Positions 14,420 through 24,944 of a stretch of 64,000 nt of DNA are shown piece by piece. Origin of the DNA: Microbotryum violaceum (taxonomy: Eukaryota). Positions within the stretch are counted from its first letter, which is position 1, and every line of letters starts with the position of its first letter. The position numbers were made by a program, and so were the translations under genes. The DNA is taken from positions 248,001 to 312,000 of the forward strand of contig CDLV01000016.1 in assembly GCA_001244265.2 (NCBI GenBank). Reading direction: 5' to 3'. A model generated the notes under the pieces. That model was given only the letters and a program-made list of their open reading frames with translations, did no database searches and was not told the origin of the DNA.

Positions 14420-14938
14420 CTGTGTAAGACATGGACGAAAAAGAAGTTTTAAGTTGCAAAATCGTGGAAAATTTTCCAGAGTGGCAAAGGGTGCCGAATC
14501 CCACGTCCGATCTCGGGCCCGGACAATTCGGCGCTTGACTTTGGCTTCGGTGCGGGTCGGGATGAGGAACTCGGAGTGTGGGCGCGCCACGCCAGGGCCG
14601 ATGCGGAGATGGAGCGGCGCGGCGGGTTGTGCCTGGGTGCGAGCGAAGAGGAACCCCCCAACCCGTAGACTTTCGCAACCGCGGCCCAGCTCATGCAGCG
14701 CATGTGCATCCCGTAGCAAGGGGGTTGCACGGAAAAAAACACCAAGCCAAAGAGTAGAACAGCAGCTCCACCGAAAGCACCCAGTCCCAGTGATCCTTGC
14801 TGGGACAGTTCCATGCCGCAACGTATCCGCGAGCTGACGACGGGCCCCAACCCACTCCGAGACCTGCGCCCCGAGTTGATCGCTGCGAGTCCCATCTTCA
14901 CTCTCCCGTCGGAGCAAGTCACAGCCTCTTGGACTCAC
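14420..14938 (-). other. Predicted 519-nt 5'-UTR intron of FAS2
   Basis: Donor GTGAGT starts at 14938, just downstream of a CT-rich stretch. A pyrimidine tract and TTACACAG acceptor end at 14420, 8 nt before the ATG. Confidence 0.65.
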
Positions 14939-15620
14939 GTAGTAGGTGTTGAAAGGGGGGTCGAAACCGAAAGAGAGAACCCTTCTCTATGGGTCAGAGA
15001 GCGGGGTAAAAGCGTGGATCCAAATTCGCTCACAGGGGGGTTGCGAGCGGGATCGGTCGAGGACGTGGGGAAGAGGCAGATGTGCGGGCAGCGCTGTTGC
15101 GAGCAGCGCCTTCGTCGAATGAGCCGAGTCGCACAAAGTCGAACGCGCCTATAAAGCGACTCGAAGTAGCAAGGCGAGGTATTCCGAATAACACCTGGAC
15201 CAAAGTTTACCTTCAGAGCATGGACAGTACACCATAATTGCAATGAAACACTACATCTTCCTCTTACTTGATCCGGTGATACGTCTCAATCGAATCGTCA
15301 CGTACTACAAAGCCGACTGCGTTCTCTCAGACCCATGTTGTCTGTCTTTGTCATAGAAGTTTCAAAACTCCAAACACACTAAAAGGAGAGCCAGAAAACA
15401 AGGCGCAAGTGACGAAGAATGAAAAGAGCTATGCGAAAGAGGGAAAAGTGATGAAGGACGCCCAAAAAAGAGTACATTGCTCCACCCAATTCAATTATGA
15501 AGGGGAGCGCCTTACTCCCTCAAAAAAAGGGGACAGAGCTTGTCTAGGTGACAGAAACTAGATAAAGGGTTGTAAGAAACATGCGGACGAAAGGAAATAC
15601 TCGGGGGAAAGGGGCGCGAT

Positions 15621-18600
15621 CTACAGTCCTCCAAAGACGTCGAGCTTGAGCGGCGACCCATCGGCGGCGAGCGACAACTCGACTCGCTGACCATGCCTCG
15701 GCGCGAGCACACGCTTGACCGGATTCGCCAACAACGCATCACCCGAGGTGATGCTGAGGTTCGACAAGAAAGCTTGCAGCCACGACAGCTTGGGACCACC
15801 GAGGTGGGCGAGCCAGTCGCCCTCTGAAGGCAAGGTACCGTTGATGAAGTACGAGTGCTTTTCACCACCGTTGCCGAGCGCTTCGACAGAGTGGGTGATG
15901 TTGCTCTGCGCGAGCAACGCAGCCGAGTTGACATCCTTCGGTTCAGGTGCAAGGTAATCGATCGTCGGGACTTTTGACTCGTCGCCACCGTAAAACTCGT
16001 CGAGCAGCTTCTTGGCCAGCGACGACTCGATCTCGCCGAGCATCTCGCCGATCGGCTGCTGTGTTGTTGTGCAGTACTTGACCGCGACGGGACCTTGGAG
16101 GATGCACACTCGTTGAGGGTCCTGGTCAAAGACGGCTTCGATGTCCTCGGCTTGCCATAGCGAATCCTTCTTGAACAGGACGGAGAAGGTTTGGTCCAAG
16201 ACGGGGATGAAGGGCACGGGTTTTTGGCCGGGTCGTTGAGCAATCGCGAGGAAGTAGGCGACGTCGGCCGACGACAACAAAGTCTCAGCCGCGGCGGGGT
16301 ACTGCTGGTTGAACTTGGTCAAGAAGGCTTGCGGGTCGTCGAGCTCGTTGTACGATTGCAGCGCCGAGACCTTGAGCGATCCTGAGTTGACGTTCGACAG
16401 ACGCTCCTCAACCCGACGGATCCAGTCGCCCATGAGGTTGCGCAGACTGATGTCGATCCATCGCTTCTCGTGCGCGACGTACATCAATCTCACGAGGCGC
16501 GAGTTGACTTCGGCGTAGGTCATGTCGTCGAGATCGCAGGTAGTGCCGTCGGACTTGGCGGGGAACCAAGGCTTCTGGAAGTCGGCGTTGAGTCGGTCGA
16601 TGACGTATTGCTTGTGGTCTTGCAGCCAAGCAACTTGCTTCTCACGGGGCAAGGCAAACACCGTCTTGTCGAACTCGCCCCACAGCTTGACACCACGCGT
16701 CGCGACCTTGTGGATCGGCTCGCCGAGCTCGGATGTGACGGTGATGATGCCACCAACGGGCTTGTCGTACGACTGTTCCCACTTGTCGTCATCGACACCC
16801 TGGGCATCGACAATCAACTGCTTGACGCTCTCGCTCGTGTGCGCCTCTTTGGCGACCATGACCCTCGATGCGAACAGGAAACCATCGAACGGCATTCTCG
16901 CGACGCCGTACAGCTTCTCGCTCCACTCTCCGCTTAAGTAAGGGTACGTGTCGTCGGCGCCACCAAACCCGGATCCGGCGACGAGGGAGATGTTAGGTTG
17001 TTGTCGGATCGATGCATACGTAGCGAGCACAGGGGCGTGGAAGTCCTCGCACGAGTGATGACCTCCGGCACGGCCACCGGTCCACTGCAGGATGATCGGG
17101 TAGTCGGGGTTGGCGGCGGCGATGGCCACGACCTGTCGGATACCGTCGACCGATCCGGGCTTGAACGAGACATGCTTGATGCCCGACTCTCGCAAGCCGT
17201 CGATGATCTCCTTGGCCTTTTCGGTCGAGGGAATACCGGCGGCGACGCACAAGCCTTCGACGGGGAGACCCTCTTGTCGCATCGTTTGCCACAGAGGGAG
17301 TTGAAAGGTCCTGCGAGAAGCGGAAGAAGTCAACGTCATGTCAGCCACCCACCCGATCCGGGTACGCTGTGACGTCGGCTAAATGCGAACTCACCATTGA
17401 CGCTGGTTGATGTAGAGCGAGTTGAGGGTGATGCCCATGCCGGATCGGTTGACGAGCTTTTGGATTTCAGCGATTTTGCCTCGAAGCGCCTTCTCGTTAT
17501 AGTGTCCACCACCCGCAAGTTCGATGTGATAGCCCGCCTTCATGACGGCCGAAACGAAGCCGGCACGCACAGTGCACGGCGTCATACCACCGATCATCAA
17601 AGGCGGCTTCGACAACAAGCGCGAGAAGGGGGTGTCGATGTTGAGCTTGCCGTCGGCGGTCTTGACCAAGCGCGGGCTGTGCGCCTCGGTCCATCGGGTG
17701 TCGCGCTTGATCGACGATTGGGTCCAAGCTTCTTGGCCAGAGCTGTTGCCGGAACCGCGGTTGCCGAGCATGATCGTGCGGATTCCTCGACCCTCCCAGC
17801 AGCGCACGCACAAGTAGCCGACGCCGGAAGCTCCACCGGTACCAAAGTCGATCGCATGGGTTGCCGACGAGGGGAAGTTGATCGCTTTGGTGCCCCAGTA
17901 GATCGGGGAGGTGAAGATCTGCGTGAAGAGGGACTCGAGGAACGAGCCCGAACTCGAGCGAAGATCCGAACCGTCCTCGGTGTTGAAGACGCTCAGGGCC
18001 AGAGAGGAAGGCGCCCAGTGCTTGGACTCGGCGTCCCCGATGGCTGCCATCGCACGCTCGGTCGCACCACTCAAGAGGTGCGAGTGATACGGGACACCGA
18101 TGTGAAGGAAGCGCATGGAGAACACCGGCAATCGCTTCGAGTGGGGGATCTGTCAAAGGACGGAGCACGTTCCAAGTCAGCCACAGCTCGGCGCAGCTCG
18201 ATCAATCGAAAACGTGTACCTTGCTTTGATCTTTTCCAACAGGGGCTCGACTCTTTCGGAGACCGTCAGCGAGACCGACGAGATCCTTGGGAGCACCGGT
18301 GACAACAAACGTCCTGGGACCGTTGTGGAGGCTGACGGCGAGCGTCTCTTGTCGGCCTTGGCCGGCGACGAACGAGTTGACCTCCTTGATCTTCTTCTCG
18401 AGCTTGGACAGTTCGAGACCGTTAACGGCGAGCATCGGCGTCGGGGTGCCTTCACCGTTCTCAATCGACGACGCGACCAACGTTGGCGGGAGCGCAACCG
18501 GAGGGAAGGTGAGGGAGCCTTGCAGACCAATCTGGAAGAGGACGGTCAGACCATGCAGAGCATGCTCGTAGAAAGGAGTCCAGGAGTCGGTACCGTCGGC

Positions 18601-20307
18601 CTTGGCGGGCGGGTACTCGGCGGCGATGACGCAAGCGGAAACGACACCTTGCGAGTGACCGGTCGCACCCTTAAACTTGCTTCCGAGCTCGCGAGGACCG
18701 AGGTTCAAACCCTTACCGTAAACAACATACTGCGACAACTGCGTGAGACCGATGAGGGGGAGGGAGACGGCGCATGAAGCGAGATAAGGGACAGGGGGGC
18801 GGGTCGACGGCTCTTGCAGCCATGCCAAGGCGTCAAGGGAGTGGTCATAGAGGAGGGAGGAGGATTCGGTGGCAGCGAGTTTGCTAAGGTGGTCCGAAGC
18901 GAGAGCCAGGAACGGGATGAGAAGTGGGCCGTAAAGCTCATATAAGTCCTGGATAACGGTGGAACAATAGAGTCAGCACCGGTGGGGGGGTCCCAAAACG
19001 TATAACATGATGATCGCTCAAGCTGGACATACCTGTAACTCGTCAAAGTAGACTTCGTTCATTCCTTGGCCACCGAAGAGACCGTACACCTCGGCATCCC
19101 CACTGTCGACGCCACGCAGCAAGGCGGCATCACGCGTCTTGGGCAGATTCTTGGCTTGCCCGTTGACCTCGAGCTTGGTGCGTGCGGCAAAGTAGGACGA
19201 GATAACGAGCGAGCGGATCGGAACCGACAATGAGGCGCCGAGCGAGTGCACGTCGGTCGCCTCCAAAAAGGTGCGGACGAAGTGAGCAAAGGTCGCGACC
19301 AAGACGGTCGAGGTTGCGGGAGAGGTCGCGGTCGCGGGGAAAGGAAGCAGCGAGGCGACATGTCGGAGGAAGTAGGCGGTCAAAACGAGCTCCTTCTCGG
19401 CGCGATCGTCGCCCGCGGCGTCGGCGTTGTCCTCATCGGCCTCGACGGCATCAAACCCGACAAGGTGGCCGTCCTTCTCCTCAGCATGCAGCCAGTCCTG
19501 GAACGTATCCCGTGCGACCTCGGCGGCGATCCACTCTTGCGCAGTCGAAGGGACGTTGATGGAGATGCGGGTCTGGGTCGTCGAGTGGAGAAGCACTAGG
19601 GGTCGACTGGTCGCGGTGTGGCCGAGAGCGGGGGTGGATGTGCCCGAAGCGTGGCGGCCATGCTTGCCATTGATTTGAATCTGTAGACGAGATCCGTCGA
19701 GAGGGAGAGGGAGAAAGAAGCCACAGCCCAGGATCAAGAGCGCAAAGGGGGCGATTCGGACAATTAGGCGGCGAGAAGCGAGGGGGCGATCACGAGAGCG
19801 CGCCGGGACGGAGAGGGGCGAAGCGCGGAGGTTGGGCCCACGAGCGCCAGCAACGAATGGTTCACACGGGTGGAATCCAGATAGAATATGCCATAATGAT
19901 ACGCGAGGCAGAAACAGTAGGAGAACGTCTTTGTCAGCAGCTGTAAATCACAGAATGAGACGGTGCCTGCAAGACTCGAGCTTGGGGGCAGGCGGGGGGG
20001 AACCGCGGAGCACCGGAGCAAGTGAGGCGGCAGCCCAACGAGCGGCTCGGTCGAGGTAGGTGCTACAGCACTTGCATATCCTGGTAGGCCATGCCAAAGC
20101 ATTCCTGAGGGGATGCGTCCCGACTTGGAGCTTGATGACGATCTGGCCATCGGATGCGATGCTCGGCAGCTCGGAATCGGTTGACCCCCAACGGGAAACG
20201 AGCCGTTGCGACTGGCCCGCGAGCTCGCAGCGGGTCGCATCCGTTGGTTAGGCCGACGACGAGGACCGCGAGTGGGGGTGAACAGCATGGGGATTCGGAC
20301 TCACCAT
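15621..20307 (-). CDS. FAS1: Fungal type I fatty acid synthase, small subunit (AT-ER), multi-exon
   Basis: AT FGGQG and GHSQG. ER GGMTPCTV, ELAGGG, FKPGS and WTGGRAGGHHS. Ends PLKLDVFGGL-TAG at 15621. The start is best explained by an ATG-only first coding exon (20307-20305), donor GTGAGT and a 624-nt intron to CTACAG at 19681. Confidence 0.95.
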
Positions 20308-21343
20308 GGGTGCGGACAAGCTACAGCCTGAAACAGAGTAAGGGAAAAGAGCAGGGGCGAGAGTAGAATGAAGATTTGGTGCAGACGTGTAGAAAGGGCG
20401 GCAACGGGGTGGAGGTGCCGAAAGAGATGCGGATGGACACGAGAAGCGAAGTGAAGTGAGGGTAGTGTAGAACGGACTCAGGTGGGCGGCCGGCGCGACG
20501 AGCTCCAACGAGCTGCCACGAAGTCCACTAGACGGCTGCTCGAGCGCTGACCCCTTCTCTCTCCTGGCCACCCGCCTCCATGCACTTTCGTCCGTTGTAA
20601 TCACTGCAATTCTTTGTACGAACCCCTCCTCTCTTCGTTGCTGATTCTCTTGCTGCCCAAGTTGCTGCCTCTGGACCCTCGTCGAAAACATAGTATTGTC
20701 CCCAGCGAACACCGCCGACGCAGCGCTGGCTCCCGAGGGAGCTTCCCCACTCCAGTCTCCGATGTCTCCGATGTCTCCAAGTTGTGAAGTTCTTTATCGA
20801 CTCGCGGACGGCAGGAGGCCACGTCACAGGCCGATGTGTTGGGTCGAGTTTTCCCTATTCTGACTGGGCGTCCGAGTCGCCGTAATAACTGCAGTATGCT
20901 GCACTTCTTACCAGCACTATTGTGGTCATCATTTTCGACGTGACCTCTCTTGTAGCTCTGGTGCAGATCGGCCACTGCAGGAGAGGGATCGTTTTCGTCG
21001 GGCCGGATCTTTTTGGTGCGGAGCAACGCTGTGGCCTACTCTTGCTGCAGATTCATATGAGGATGGACCCATGCTGTAAGCGTTAATATAGTCTATAAAC
21101 TGTTCATGTTGCAATTGCGGAGTTGATACACACTACACGGTCCATCCGATCCCGAGTCCCTCCCGCTGAAGACTATCCTCCCTCACTTAATTGACGACGG
21201 CCTCCAGGTCCGTGCACTAGATAGATAGACATGCTGCAGGCCGTGACCGAAAGTCGATCTAGTGCAAACTTGTATCTCTTGTGAGAACTCTGGCCCAAGA
21301 CCGTCACGCCCTGTCCCTGAACGAGTGGCGTTGTTCCGCGTCT

Positions 21344-21752
21344 TCAATTGTAGTACGTTTTCTTCATCGCCCGATACTTTCTCAAAAAGTACAACGCTTC
21401 CAGTTCTGTACAGCGAAGAGGACCACCCATCATAAGCCTCCATTACACAAGGTAAGGACCAGAGAGTTGGCTCCTCACCCTTCTTGATGAACTCGGCCCT
21501 CTTGATCCCCAACTCAACCTTCTCCTTGTCGGCTCCTACGAACGCCGAGAAGCACCCGTGTAGTTTCTTCTGGATCGGGTAGTTCTTGTCCGGGTATTCT
21601 CTCGCGAGGTATTGTAACTGGTGGCAAACGCGGGGGGGGGGGGGCATGAGTAACACCACGCCTCTACAGCACGTGCCGCGGTTTGACCGACCTACCTCTT
21701 TGTATAGGTTTCGAGCTTGGAACTTGAGTTGTCTTAAAGTCAGGGTCGACAT
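21344..21752 (-). CDS. LYR-motif protein, LYRM5/ETFRF1-like (ETF regulatory factor), 3 exons
   Basis: Spliced product ARNLYKELQYLAREYP...ELEALYFLRKYRAMKKTYYN closely resembles the LYRM5 C-terminus as I recall it. Confidence 0.88.
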
Positions 21753-22592
21753 CGATGACAAGCACGCGAGCAATAACTCCGATGAATGGCAGCTGCCGAA
21801 CGGAAGCGAGGTCGAGCCAGTGGGGCAGAACGGGGTTTCCGCATGTCTCCGCTGGGGAACCGAGATCACGTGACAAGAGCTACCACTGCGAATGTTTCCG
21901 AGCTGTTATTACATAGTGACCTGAATTCCTGAAGCCGGGAGCTCGGGGATTAGATGTCGAATTTGACCAGTTCAAGGCCTGTAATCTGTGCAAATAGGTC
22001 GGTTCTTTTTCGATGACTTACCAGCTCCGATAATCAACTTTACTATGATCCTCCACCGCGAGCAACTGTCATACCAGGAAATTCGAGTTTGTCCCCCGAA
22101 TCAGCCGATCAACATGCGCATGGCCCCTTATCGACCAAGGTCTGGAGGGTCCAGGTGGCAAATTTGAGATGTACTAACCATTAGCGTCGAAGCCACATCG
22201 CACCCATTCCTTCCATCTGTACTGGGAAACAATCTTCCAGCGGCCAGCAGGTTCGGATCTGGGCAAGCTTACACGCGGACGGCACAGGCCGGGGGGTGGT
22301 GGTACAGACATCTCACGCCTCGGGCAGTAATTCTGCCCAGACAAGGGCTATAGGCAGAGCTGAGGTGTATAATAATCGGTTACAACGGCAAAATAACAGA
22401 TTGCGGTGGCTGTGTATGCATCTGGGCCTGACGGGCCAGAATCGGGCTCACGAAAGCCTTGGATGGGGGGTGGCTTGAGTGACCCCGAAGCTGGCCTTGG
22501 GGTGGGCAACCAGCGGCGATCTCTTTACTTTGCTCACCCCATCTACTCACATCACATCCAACGCCACCAAACCGCCCCGAGAAAAGTAGATT

Positions 22593-24354
22593 ATGCTCGC
22601 CAAGTCTCTTCTCGTGCTCGTCGCTGCTGCTGCCGGTGTCAACGCGCAACAGCTCCCTTCGTCAGCTCCCGTGAGTGCTTCGTTCTCCGCTATAATGTGG
22701 CAGCGCACTCGCAGCGCCGCTGGAGAAGAGATCAGGCTGCTGACATCCAACTCTTTCCCGTATAGTCGTGCGCCACCAGTTGTGTAAGTTGATTGGCATC
22801 TCATAAAGTTGGATGTTTCGCTCTCGCCGGTGGACCCCGTTAACGACGGCTGCCAGATTGAGATCAAGCCTAGGCTTGTCCTCGGGATCCGCACGAGGCG
22901 ATGACGCATGCGACGCTAGTCTCCACTCCGCTAGCCAGCTCGACGTGACGACTGACCGAAGGCCCCATCTTCCGACAATCACTCATGACAGTTCACCATC
23001 AAGATCTCCGAGGCCGGCTCGCTCGCTCCTGGAATTGATCCGACCAGTCAGTTGCTACGATACGATCCATCGTATACCCAGAGCTGTGTTGACTGATTGC
23101 CTTAACTACACGCCTCATAGACATCGCCGGTAGGTTGGGTTGCGGCAAGCGGACAGCCATACTGCCCAAAACTGCAAACACTGACATCTACCACATGGGC
23201 TTCATCACTTCAAGGCCTCTGCGGAGTCCGCACTTTCATCGGGGCCTTCGTGAGTTTGGTGTGGCTGGCGCCCAGCTTCCAATCCGGGCTCGTGATCTGA
23301 TACCATGCGGTGGAGCCCTCACAGGTCAACTGCTGCAATGACAATTGCGCTTCGGCAGCCGAGGGTTAGCCTCTCTGTTCCGTGGGTTTTTGTGGGGCTT
23401 CCTTCCTGACAGCGACATGATTCCACCCGCAGTCGCCACTTCGGTCGCCCTTGCCCAGCAAGTTTGCGCTTCGGCGGGCGTAGCCATTCCCACCACCGTG
23501 GGTCTCCATTCAAATTCAAACATCGTCCCGCGTCAAGAAGCTCATGCCGTCTTCTCTCCTATGTTCTGGCATCCCAGGGTTACTCTGGAGCTGCTGCGGG
23601 CGAGATCGCTAGCCTCAGTTCGATCCCCATCGCCTCCGGTGAGTTGGTTCCAGAGCATTCTCGAGGGCACCGAGTTAGCTCCCAGTTTTGCTAACTAGTC
23701 ACGGTACGATGTGCAGTTACGAGTGGTGTTTCCGCGGCCGCTTCGTCAGTGTCGGCCGGCCCGTCGGCGTCGGCATCCTCTGCCATGAGCGCGGCCTCGA
23801 GTGTGGCTTCCGGCGCCTCGGCCTCGGCCGGATCGGTCCTCTCGGATGCTTCGAGTGCCGCGTCTGGAGCCGTCGCAGGTCCTTCGTCCGTTGCGTCTGT
23901 CGCTGCCTCCGGCACTGGATCTGTCGCTAGTGACGCCACCTCCGTTGCTGGTGTCGCCACTTCCGGCGCTGGATCCGTCGCTGGTGCCGCCACCTCCGTT
24001 GCTGGTGTTGCCACTTCCGGTGCTGCGTCCGTTGCTGGCGCCGCTACTTCCGGCGCTGCATCCGTTGCTGGCGCCGCCACGTCCGTCGCGGGAGTACGTT
24101 TTCGCGGCGTGGCCCCTATCCTAAAGCTGCACGAATCCTGACCATTCCTTTTCCGCTTCTGATCATAGGCCTTCACCAGTGCTCTTGCTTGTGAGTGTCT
24201 CGAGTCGAAGTCAGGATGGTCGTCATTGTACTGACCTAGGTACCACTTGTTTGTCCACCCAGCCGCGACCGCGAAGGCCGCCTCCCCCGCCGACAAGGCC
24301 GCCGTTTCCGGTGTCCTTGGTTTCGTCGCCGGTGTTGTCGCTCTCTTCGCTTGA
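22593..24354 (+). CDS. Secreted, GPI-anchored CFEM-domain protein with Ser/Ala/Gly/Thr repeat stalk; many short exons
   Basis: Signal peptide MLAKSLLVLVAAAAGVNA. Spliced PSCATSC..GLC..VNCCNDNC-x16-C. ATSVAG/ATSGAASVAG repeats at about 23935-24093. Hydrophobic tail VSGVLGFVAGVVALFA-TGA. Confidence 0.8.
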
Positions 24355-24944
24355 TCGTCATATTTCCTCGTTCTTTCGTAAACTTCACCCCTTGGGCATC
24401 CGTCGAAACCCTTTCGATTTTTCCCTTGGTCGGCTTGGACATCTCGACTTGTTCACCTATTTGTTCCCTATATCTGCTTTATATCAAAGCTTCGTTTTAC
24501 CTAGTCGTCGTCGTCCCCAAATTTACCCCGTAGCGCAAGTTTCTTTCAAGCAAAATAATACACGTACTTTCCGCTGTACGTTTTCGTCTGACTTTCGTGG
24601 TCGCATGCGACATCCGGAAGCGTGCTTGACCTAGTCTCATTTGTTGTGTGTTCGGCCCTGCGTGTGTTCGGCCCTGCTCATCGTGGAGATTCCGAGCTGG
24701 AAGCGTCTTCACATGGTCTCGTACCGACTAGAAGGGAGCTGAAGGGCGAGATTCAAGAGGACCCCCTGACCCAAACGATGAAGCACATAATCGTCGATTC
24801 ATGTAGTCGTTACAGCTCAAAAAATATGTCTAAACAAGAAAAGCGAACTCGGCACAAGAGATGAATTTGAACTATAAACAAGCGATTCCTCGACATCCTT
24901 CAAGCCTTCGAAATCTTGATCTCGAGCCCCTCCCCAAGCCCAAG

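Noticed and set aside
21632-21645. Poly-G runs here and at 38699-38712
   Set aside because: Intronic homopolymers with no further structure; their lengths may be sequencing-sensitive.
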